DNA of 58,039 nucleotides, the filler included, from Sphacelaria rigidula (taxonomy: Eukaryota): the NCBI GenBank assembly GCA_964200075.2. It is 3 parts of 3 records of this genome, joined end to end, with 100 filler letters (N's around TTAATTAATTAA, not from the genome) between each part and the next. Parts side by side here need not be neighbours in the genome. Positions count along the whole stretch, not along the records: positions 38,764 to 58,039 come from CAXNAA020000699.1; 2 more parts are not named here. One strand, 5' to 3'. The notes below the pieces were generated by a model. The model was given only the letters and a program-made list of their open reading frames with translations. It had not been told where the DNA came from and did no database searches. Of this stretch, positions 48,301 to 58,039 are shown in pieces; within the stretch, counting starts at the first letter, position 1; the number at the start of each line of letters is the position of its first letter. The position numbers were made by a program, and so were the translations under genes.

Positions 48301-51300
48301 ACATAGTCACGGACGGTATGACGAGCGCTCAAGTCGGGGATGGACACGGAGATAATATGGCGAGCAATCAAGGCGCTGCCTGGGACAAAAAAGACAAAAA
48401 TGATGGCGATAGCATCTCTTCCGGGGGAGGGTCTAGTGCAGTGGACGGTGACGACGATTGGGCGTCGGTGGATGCTGCAGCACGAAAGGGGTACGCTGGT
48501 GTCATCGTGGAACCGGCCGCAATGGCGAAGGGCGTGTACGGCTCATGCTTGGTCGAGGTACTGTAGCGGGGTTCGTGAGCTCCTGCACGCACGACAAGAA
48601 TGGTCTCGCACTACGCTGCATTTCACCAGTGATTCAAATTGTGGGATACGGTTGCATACGCCGTATTGAAGTGGCACTGTGTGGTCATGGTTCTTGTCCC
48701 CTCCTCCCCCCCCCCCAGGTGTTGCTTCTGGGTGGGACGAGACCGTTAGATTTAGCATGAGGTCCATTGACTTAAAGCTATGCGTGGCGTGAGTACCGAT
48801 ACGCAACGGGTACACACACTGATAGACACCCCTTGCGTGCGTGTCGTGTTGCTTGACGCAGGCCATGGAAGCGGCGCATACTCGCGCTGAAGATGCACTA
48901 ACTCGCTTTGTGAAAGGTTCCGTCCGTCTTCCGAAGCCGGGGGAGGTGGAAACTCGGCGAGTGGCGCTGATGGTAAGGGAGCTTTTGACGACACGACCCA
49001 ACTCCGCGCCGGGCCAAATCCAGATGAGGTAATGAACCATGTCGGATACGAAAACTTGAGGTTGAGATGTCAGTAAACGGGGGAGTATCGGAGCACCACA
49101 TAAGGAGATCAAAATGAAGCCACGAAACTGACGTCTCATGTTGAAGCCTATCGCTGCCGGTGGCTTGTGTTTCGCCTCGATTATGCAGGTCAGTGTGTTT
49201 TAAAAACAACCAGCTGTTGTGATCACGCACCGGGTGTGGGGGGGGAAGTAGCCAGTATCCGTCGATTTGTATCCACGGCGTATGCAGAAAGGAGATGGAA
49301 TACCCATTTGCCGAGAGTTCATCACAATAAGTTCATGTCGACCTCTGATACCGCCCCGTGGTATCTACTCCGTCCCGAAAGGGATGCGTGGTCCACGGTC
49401 AAGTGACTGAGGCAAGCAAATAATGAGTACGCCCTCCTCCCCCTGGTCTCTGGTACAAGACGCGAAATACTTGTTATACAACGGAGGCGGTTGGATACGA
49501 CTGTCGGGTGAAATTTCCTTCCCATCCTCACCCCCGTCCCGTGCGTTTTTTGTAACATCGCTACAGGGCATGGTTAGAGGTGGTTGTGCGCAGCGCGGAG
49601 GCTCCTCGTGATCTGGTTGACGGGCAAATCGAAGCGCAGCTCCCGGCGCTGACTAGAGTGTTGACAGCAGGCTACCGCCGTCAGGTGCCTTATCCAGTCG
49701 ACTACATGTTGGTACAGCCCATTCGAATGATACCGGCATGCACACGAATGTCTTTTGCTCAAGAGTTGTGACCACTAATTTTTCCCTGCTCTGTACACAA
49801 TCGCCGGGTTCAACTCGGGATCGCGGACAAGGGTCAAATTATTTTCATCAGTACAGCTTCTCCAACCCAACGAAGCTGACCAGCCACTAGAGTGTGCTCA
49901 ACACCCGTGCCGACAATCCCCATGTCCTTATCCCAAACCTCGGCGAACGCTAAAATCAGGTAGCCCTGGCAGAGGAGGGTCGGCATCTCGCGGCCGCAAG
50001 GCTGCAAGGGCTAGCCAGAGGCGCACATGCACGTAGCCTAGTATCTTCCATCTGGCGCCAAGCCGACGAATTCGCCGCAGACATCATTCAAGGAGAGAGA
50101 GAGACTCGCAGGAGAGCAGAGATAGCTCAAAGGGCACGGGAGAAGGTATGGATATTGGGGAGGGCTAGGGGTCGTGGTCAGCAAATTGGGGCCTGGAGAC
50201 ATGGAGTCGGAGTGCATACATACGTTGCACACACACGGTGCTCCGCTGCTCTTTTTTATGCACTTGACGCATGGGATTGGTTTATTTTGTTTCACGGCGC
50301 CCATGTTCTGCATATCGGTGACTCGTGAGATCCAAATGTCGGGGCGAAAGTGATTTTACTCGTAAGCGCGCGAGGAGCGTGAAACACGTTCGCTTCCGCA
50401 TTTGTCGTCGGCGAGAGCTGGTGCAGGAGTTGGTGAGCACTCGGTCCTATCAAATCCCCGCTTGCATTATTTTCCAGGAGGAAGCCGCTGCGAGGGAAAA
50501 GGAGGAGGCCGAGCGATACCGGCTTCGGCTCGTACCCAGGGCGTCTTCCGTGAAGTGCAGAAGCATGGAGGTGTCCTTACCTTCGTTTCTGGTTGAAGCA
50601 ACTCGCGGGAGCAGAAGGTTTGTCCGGGGTCGCTGCTGTCCCCCGACTGCGTCATGCTTCGAATCATTGCTCAAGCGACAAGCCAGTGGTCGCACGTTGA
50701 CAGGACACTATCGTTTCTTCACCAAGCATCACCTGAACTATCTCACGCTTGTGTTTTTTATTTTTATTTTACATTGGTATGCGTACGACAAACAGGAATA
50801 CTATGGCACGTACCCACCTTTAACCCCCCAGCTAGCCAGTGCACATGACAACCGCGCACATTCGACTGCATTGCGTTCGCAAAGAAGACACTGCAGGAGA
50901 GAAGACGTCGCGCGTCGCTACCACTCGGCCTCTGTGGCAGACGACCATCGCAGTCTACACGCCCCCTCCACGCTACATGTATAACCTGAACATGTTCAGG
51001 TTTTTCGTTATGGAAGTAACCGTCAGCCATCCACCGGCACTGCCTACGAGTCCATCGACAATCGGAAATTATGCGTGGTCGTTCGACGAAGACGACGTTG
51101 GCGCAATCGGCAGAATCCATGTGTTGCTGCGAGAGGTGGGTAAAATCGATTTGTGCCTCGTTCACCACGTGCTCTGTGACACTTCTTTTGCCTACCGTTG
51201 CTGCCGCATTTCGGGGGTCAAACCGGTATACCAAGACTCGGTTGGACTGAGTTCGCGGGTCGGAACTCGGATAATGATCGATTGTTTCTTGTTTTCCGTC

Positions 51301-54300
51301 ATCTAAAGACGTGACAACAGAGGCTGGCAAACACTAAACGATGAAAAGTGGCCAGAATCAACGAGTGCCCATAGATTGTTGCACAATTAAATATACAAAA
51401 GAAGTACCGGGTCAGAGATAGGCTGGTCCCTTGAGACCAGGGACTTGTCCGAAGGCAGAGGCTTTAAATGTACATTGCCATCTGGATATGTGGCGAGCAG
51501 CACGGGAGCGGGGTGTTTGAATTGCGTAAACGTATGTGGGGGGCGGCGTTGTGTATGTGGCGTATGTGGGAGGAGACGTCAAGTCCGGGATGCTACCATG
51601 TACCGAATCGGAATTGTCGATCATATATACATTTGAACACCCAGGAAAACAACGCGGGCGTTTCGAAAACCCACAATTTTGGCGCCGACTCCAGCGTTGA
51701 TGCTGGGCCGCTATCAAGCATCCGCGTTGTCCACAGACGCCAGTTGTGCATCCACAAGCAAACACACTGCGAGAAAATCGCGGCGACTCTCAAGATGCTT
51801 GAGCGGAACTCCATTCTCCGTGCGGCCCTACGTACATCTCTCCGCGGTTGGGCGACGTGTTTCACCATGAGCAACTGTTTGGCGTTTATTTTTATGCTGT
51901 TCCTGTGAACGCTCACCTCTCAAGTTCAGCCCCCGCCCAAGCAAGAGAGACTGGCGGAGAATGTCATCGCTGGTGCTACATGGCCGTACCGAAACATTGG
52001 CTTGACGCACTATTCCGCGATCGGCAGCTGTAGATCGTGAGAAAGGGTCAACTTTGGCATCTGTCTGCCTACGAGCAACTAACGCGCATTCATCCTCTGT
52101 CCACAGTGTCTACCGCTTCTTGCCCACAGGACTCCACAGTCGAGCTTGAGGACTCCACACATACAGCAGAGGGCCGGAATATGGAGACGAACGTAGACCA
52201 GTTTGTTGAAGTATGTTCCGCGGGCGACACGCTGCCCATTTTGGCCTTGATACCCGCTACAACCTACAGACTCACGCTGGAATTACCGCACAGTGCTCGG
52301 GATTACCTGCTTCAGTCAGCAAGGTACGACCGAGTGCGCATTTTAGCAAGCAGTTTCATGGGGAGTGGGAAATGTACCTCTTCCTCTTGGAGCGAGCGTG
52401 GGGAGTCCATGCATATAGTTGTTTTAAAGAACACTGCTAGAACTTCGCGTCTCTCTCGTACGCACTGGAACCGGAGCCCTTATAATCAACTGTTTCGTCG
52501 CGTTTCTGGCTGGTGGTGCGATTTTCTCGTTCACTGTGTGCACTATTTTTTGCGACCATATGAATAGGTTATATGTGTACGTGCTGCTCATGCCGCAGCG
52601 TCTCTGTGGTCAATGTGGTACGTTATCGACTAGTTCAGGTACAGTAGTGGGCTTGAATTCCGACAGCCATGCTTTATTTCACTATTTTCTGTCGTGAAAA
52701 GCGTGATGATGTGCGTCGATAAGAAGAGGCGACGAAATGGACGAGCTGCAGAAGTGCTGGCGGTCATATTTCACTGCTTGACAATACACTGCAACGCAAG
52801 TACCGGGGGAGAGATTGGTTGATCCCTTGAGACTATGGACCCATTCAGGGAATGGGGAATAGGCGAAATTGTTCCCGCGAACATGTATTGTATAGAGAAT
52901 AAGGGGCACATATCATCCACACCTACAGCATCCTGGTGGGAGTTGGACGCTGGACCAATTTCTTGAGTGTAGTTGAAGTGGAATCAGTGCAGAATTTCCC
53001 ATAGCCGCGTGCGATCATATCCGCTTTGGTGATACGGGAGGGCGAGCCTTTGATGACAATCGTGACCGTAACACACCTACCATCGGCCCGCACACCACGA
53101 GGGACACAAGATTTTGAGCAAAACCTTGCTAACCCATGTCGCACGAGGACGTTGGCCAACGGCTCGGCGATCTTCGCTCATCATGAGGTAGTTATTACCG
53201 CATCGTATACCACCATAATACTCTACACTATCATTTGCACGTCGTGCTATTCTCTTTGAGCGAACCTTTGCCGTCTCGTCTGCTGCGTCACCGTCAAACA
53301 CACTTGAGCAGGGCTCTGGGAGTGTCAGCTGCGGTTCGTGCACTCGAGAGTGCAGCTGACAGCATCGCAATCGGAACAGACCACGAAGACGTTAACCATG
53401 CCGCATCTCCGGTGGCATCGCCCACCCATCGTCGCGAATGTGGCTCCGTGAATGGCGCATACGTTGATGTGGTGATTCCTCCTGATGTTCCCGGCGTGCC
53501 GCGACTGATCTGCAAGGTAGAGCGCTATTCTCGAAGCATGACACGGTATGTCCGGGTCGCAGATGTTCACGTGGGCAAGAGCATGAAGGGATCTGTCGAC
53601 GTGATTGAGTTGCAACGATTGGTCCCCATTTCAACTCGGACTATAACGGCGTTAATATCTGTGACATAAAATGGGATTATAATCGCTGTGGTTGGCACAG
53701 CAAGATTCATCTTATGATCAACCGATGATGAAAACAAATACTAAACCACACGAATAGACCACTCGCGCGCTCCGGAGGATACATTACTTGCGCCTTTGGC
53801 ACTCTGTCACCTTCCGACCTCTCCGCCCGCCTCATCCACCGTTTCCTGCTGTCTTCCCTCTTCAGGTGCTCACTTCCGCCTCGGCAGTGGATCTAAATGA
53901 TCCAGACGGTGTATTGTCACTACGACAATGGCAGTCACCCTACCCTGGCATTGCAGGCAAGCGAGCAATTAGAGAAACGGGGATCGTGGGGCTGAGTGGC
54001 GCCAATTGGTGTTCACACAGTGAAGGGCCAGTGGATTGTAAGGGCGCCTGCAGTGAGAGGCCTAGTATGCGATTGAGTTGCAACAAGTCGCCCTGGGAGT
54101 GCGTGATTAACCCCTTTTAGTTTCCTCCTTCCTTCTAAAGCCTGGAAATGTTTTGTTCTTCCTTCTGTGAGTACCTGCGGCTAAACCCCGACAGGCAGCC
54201 ATCGGGGTGGGTGCTGAAAAATGCATTGTCCTGTACCGTTGGGGTTTTGGACGCAACGATACCCGTTGTACCTCTCGGTCATAATCGTGGGATCGGCGTT

Positions 54301-56635
54301 ACGCTGTCTAGCATAGCGGGGTGGTGGTGGGGGCATCTCATGCTTCTCCGGTCATCCCGCCCCCTTGTCCACCCCCCACACCTGCCAGATCAATGGTCTT
54401 ACGACTATGGCATGTATGATCATGAGTACACCCCCCGCACCTACCCGTGCCTCTATCCATCTGCAGCGTTAGCCGTTCATACCCTCGTTTCTCCCGATTT
54501 TTCGAATAATTCGTTGTATTCTCTCGATTCCGTTCACCATCTATCAGAAATGGATGGACCATGTTCTCCGGAGAACATGGTTCTCGCTCCAGGTCGTCCG
54601 GAGGCCATCGTTTCCCTTCGCTGGACCGCTCCTGAGTCCAATGGGTTGAGCATCTGCAGGTGTAAAACTTATCGCGTGCCCATGTACACTTCATGAACGA
54701 AACCATGCGCAGTGCCGTTCTGATGGGAAAAGAATTGGCACTACATCTGCGACCGTTATCTAGTTTAGAAAAACATATGGCTCGCAGTAGGTTTTCGTCG
54801 CTGGACGACGTAGAGTGTCCTGCTCGAGGGTGGAAGGGGAGCGAGAGGGGAACCTATTGTTTCTGCTGCGTTTGCAGTGGTGGTTATCGCGTAAAGTGTG
54901 ATGCGCATGGCTATCAACGGGCTCTTTCACGAATAGGGGGGGGAGAGGGCTAACGTAAAGAGCCGCTTGGCTTGGTTGTATTCATTCTCAAGCGATTGGC
55001 CAGCTCGCCAAATTTGCCATCGCAACAGCACGACGAATAGCCTACGATATACTTCGCGCATCATATTCACTTTATAGGCATAGTTCTCCTCTTCGTCCCA
55101 TCTGCTTCCACATTCTACTCGACCGAACGCCTCCCTGCAACGTGCTCGCCTCGTTTCTGTCGTCTTCTTGATCCCAACAACCTTGCTGGCGTCTTCGCCA
55201 AGCAGTTACCATGTGGAAAGAAGGATAGGGTCAACGGGCGGTACTTGGACGAGGATTTCAACACGCCGTAGTGACGGCGGCAGCGGCGACGGCAGTGGCG
55301 GTGGGCGAGGAGCGAAGGCAGCGATGTCGTCACTTGACGCTGTTGACACCCCGCTGAAAACTATCGCACTGGACACCCTGAAAGACGTCGCCCTCCGATG
55401 CCTAATGTTGGAGTACAGGTTAGTCGTGCTCGGCGCCATACGACGATATATCGCATCGGTCCTTCGCGTTCTGCCCCATCAACATGTCGAATATTTCTGT
55501 GAAACCCTCCCGGATACTTCAACAATGCCTGAACAATCGGTGGTGAACTGTTGCGTTCTTGACAATAAGGGCAACTCAGCGGGGCACGAGAAGAGCTTGC
55601 TGATCGCCGCATATGTGTTCAACGCGATGCCTCGTTCTCACTCGTCCCGTCTATTTCTCGTCCGTGCGTGACCCGCGTGCGTTTCACTTTGTTTCTCCGT
55701 ATCACATGGTAAGAGTCATAGCAGAGAATACGCTCGGAGTCGGCGCTCCCTCCCCGCCGGTAGAGGTCAACATAAACGCTTTTCTGGGACACTTGCAAGC
55801 ACACGCCCGAGCAGCGCGTCACCAGGACATGCCTGCGCTTTTATCGTCATCATTGACCAGGGCCGCGCCCGAGCCACGTCATGGCTTTAAGTCTGGTGGT
55901 CTTCTCCATACTGGGACTGCCGCCGCCGCCGCCGCCGCCGACTCCTACGCGGAACCCGCCAAAAACTGCGACTTAGCGTTACCACGCACCGAACAGCATC
56001 AACAGGTACAAGAGATAGGCGACGATCAGCGGCACGTGGCATCCCCGCCGAACGGTATAACGATGAACGCCACGAACGCGGCGGATGCAACGACAGCACG
56101 AGCACCAGCACAAGCAGGAACCAGAGAGGAGGCGTTTTTCGGTGATGACTTCCTCGGGCTCCGAAACTTCGGTGAAGACCGAGTGCATTCGCTGTTCGCT
56201 GTCGGTACGACGACAACAGCAGAGCAAGCCTCCTCTTCACCTCGGCGATCAGACGCCACAAACAAAATACGGGGTGGGGCCGTCGCACCCGCCGGCACTA
56301 CTGCCGCCGCACCGTCGTTTACAACGCAGTCGACTTTATCTCCACGCTTTTTGCCGCCCATCGTAGGCTCAACGGTGTCCGGGGCGTGGGGTCCGGGAAA
56401 GAAGGGTCATTGCTATTCAAGAAAGGGTGGGAATGGCGACGAAAAGACATTCGCTGCTCAATTGCCGGGTGATGACGGTGGCGACGAAATTGGCGATGAT
56501 GAGAGTGGCGAGAGGTTAGCCTCTGGATGCGCGGACGGGGGTGCTCCCAACAACGAGGTTTTCCATGCTTTCCTAAACCTCGGGAGGCGGTTGCCTGGTA
56601 GGCGGCGTCGAAATTTGGGGAGCAGTGCGCAGTAG
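42323..56635 (+). CDS. Large multidomain protein: pseudokinase (TK/TKL-like fold), polyQ, IQ motif, fibronectin type III-like repeats
   Basis: Phase-consistent chain: 42323-42507, 42669-42694, (42917 or 43025)-43454, 43779-44835, 45302-45533, 45845-46022, 46460-46678, 47233-47293, 47581-47694, 47910-48557, 48862-49028, 49594-49684, 49960-50145, 50478-50617, 51645-51846 (least certain), 52130-52323, 53312-53516, 53866-53956, 54467-54659, 55206-55418, 55714-56635. Kinase motifs: GSLQDLL, WTRQVAKGL, ISARNVYL, LLPPEC, ADVWGMGTLVFELAT, EPRERAT. IQ: AARLQGLARGAHAR. Fn3: VSLRWTAPESNGLSICSYHVER, YRVIAENTLGVGAPSPP. Confidence 0.72.
48078..48204 (+). repeat. Coding CAG/CAA repeat (polyQ/QH tract)
   Basis: QQQQQQQQPEEQHKQHQQQQEQHQQQQQQQRQKQQHQQQHQH within exon 47910-48557. 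Confidence 0.9.
49368..49443 (+). mobile_element. Truncated C-tailed retroelement end (intronic)
   Basis: CTCCGTCCCGAAAGGGATGCGTGGTC...GGCAAGCAAATAATGAGTACGCCCTCCTCCCCC matches 28804-28875. Confidence 0.75.
54389..54445 (+). mobile_element. Truncated C-tailed retroelement end (intronic)
   Basis: TCAATGGTCTTACGACTATGGCATGTATGATCATGAGTACACCCCCC matches 28693-28736. Confidence 0.7.
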
Positions 56636-57652
56636 CCACAGCAACACCGCCTTCTGTCCTTCTTTATGTGTTTGTCTCTCTCGATGTTGGTCGAATTGTT
56701 GTGCCCACTGTGTCATGTGTTGCTGGGTTTTGTATTTGCCGCGGGTAGTGATTTTTTGTGTTGGTTCGGCGAAATCAGTAACGGAACGATGTCTTCATGG
56801 AGGAGGCACGATTCGCAGAACGAAAAGGATGCGATCTGCAGCTTTATAGTATAGCTATTGATATATGGGATTGGTGTCTGTGAAACACGCTGGCTGGGCA
56901 CTTCGCGGCAGACGCGCGCGTAGTGATTCCAAAGGTATCAGTCTGCAAGTACTGTAGAGATATCAGCATGTTCATTACGGGTGTTTTGCAAATGCTTTCT
57001 AATAAATGCATACTTTGGTTGTTCATTGGCTGGTTGCCCTGTGCAGTGGTGATGCGCAGTAATATCGCCTGGGACACCCTTCCAAGAAAGCGTACGAAGC
57101 ACGGAGGGCGCTACAGTCAGTATATCACATTGGGCAGGGACCATGAACAACCGTTGTCCAGAAAGGCACAAAATCAGAATTTTTAAGTCTGAAGTACCCG
57201 AGTTGGAAAACTTAGTGTCCATTTAATCATTTTTTCCAGATTCATTTTGTTGTTCATGGATGTCCAATGTTCATGGAAGCACACTCTTAGGGCCCTCATG
57301 AGATGACTTTATTTTCCATCTATTTCCACCCATGCTTATTATAAAATGTGCGTGGAAATGGATGAAAATGAATGAAAAGTATTAGAAACATAACCCGTGA
57401 ATTAGGGCTCGTAGAGGTCATGTTGAAACAAATACGTACGAGTTGTACGAAAAATACATGCGATGCATTCACACTCTATTCTAATGCTCTTTTCCTTGGG
57501 CCACCTGTACGCGCTATCTGCACCATGAAGCAACTGCTCACGACCATCGCAAGCAGTAACTGCGCGAGAATCAATCAACCGATCCCAAAAGATATGCGAC
57601 GCAGAGATGCAGCAATCCAATACGGGCCAGAAAACAAATGGGAACGAAAAAT

Positions 57653-57699
57653 AATCGAATCGAATAAAATAGAATCGAATCGAATCGAATCCGATCGAA
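57653..57699. repeat. Degenerate (AATCG)n pentanucleotide repeat
   Basis: AATCGAATCGAATAAAATAGAATCGAATCGAATCGAATCCGATCGAA. Confidence 0.8.
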
Positions 57700-58039
57700 A
57701 ACAACCAACGTTATCAGGCACCCGTCATGTTCCATCGCATACCGGTGTACTTCTTGCCCCGCATGACGTGTGTCATGCTACTTGAACGTGCCTTCTGACG
57801 CGTTACGTGTTAGACGATGTGGAGCGATCAGGAGTGTTGTGTCAAGCCTTGTTGACTCGCCCCCGCCTTGGTCTCTTGAGACCACAACGTCACCGTATAG
57901 GGTGCTCCGATACCTCGTTTATTCTGACCGAAGGTGTAGGACCCGTTGCCCGTTCAATCGGAATGCGTGAACGTTCGCGTAGACAGTTATACTGGCCCAA
58001 GAATCGATGCCGTCACTCCTATGCCTCACACTACCCCCC

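Noticed and set aside
47977..48371. Poly-Asn and poly-Leu ORFs
   Set aside because: Alternative-frame and antisense shadows of the polyQ exon.

Overview
Eukaryotic, intron-rich nuclear DNA, most likely from a photosynthetic stramenopile (brown alga-like). This is inferred from a bipartite SAF-type plastid targeting presequence, short exons with 0.2-1.3 kb GT-AG introns, and the repeat content. Four spliced genes were reconstructed by hand: (1) the 5' ~1000 codons of Mg-chelatase subunit H (chlH, minus strand, 16 exons, running off the left edge); (2) the 3' part of a coiled-coil protein gene (minus); (3) a DUF389 membrane-protein gene (minus) with a degenerate-looking 5' part and a 3' part lost in an assembly gap; (4) a large plus-strand gene (~1900 aa, ~21 exons) combining a catalytically dead kinase domain, polyQ, an IQ motif and fibronectin-III-like segments. 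The middle of the window is crowded with non-autonomous transposons whose ends can be read directly: piggyBac-type (TTAA), Tc1/mariner-pogo-type (TA), hAT-type (8-bp TSD, nested in a tiny MITE), fold-back MITEs, tRNA-headed SINEs and LINE 3' ends, one family ending in C-runs. Two 100-nt N gaps carry an artificial TTAATTAATTAA linker. No rRNA, intact tRNA or CRISPR array was found. I see no demonstrably new biological system; the best leads are the pseudokinase-IQ-Fn3 protein, the cargo-carrying piggyBac-like element that splits a restorable ORF, and the C-tailed retroelement stack. No database searches were run, so all family assignments rest on motif recognition.
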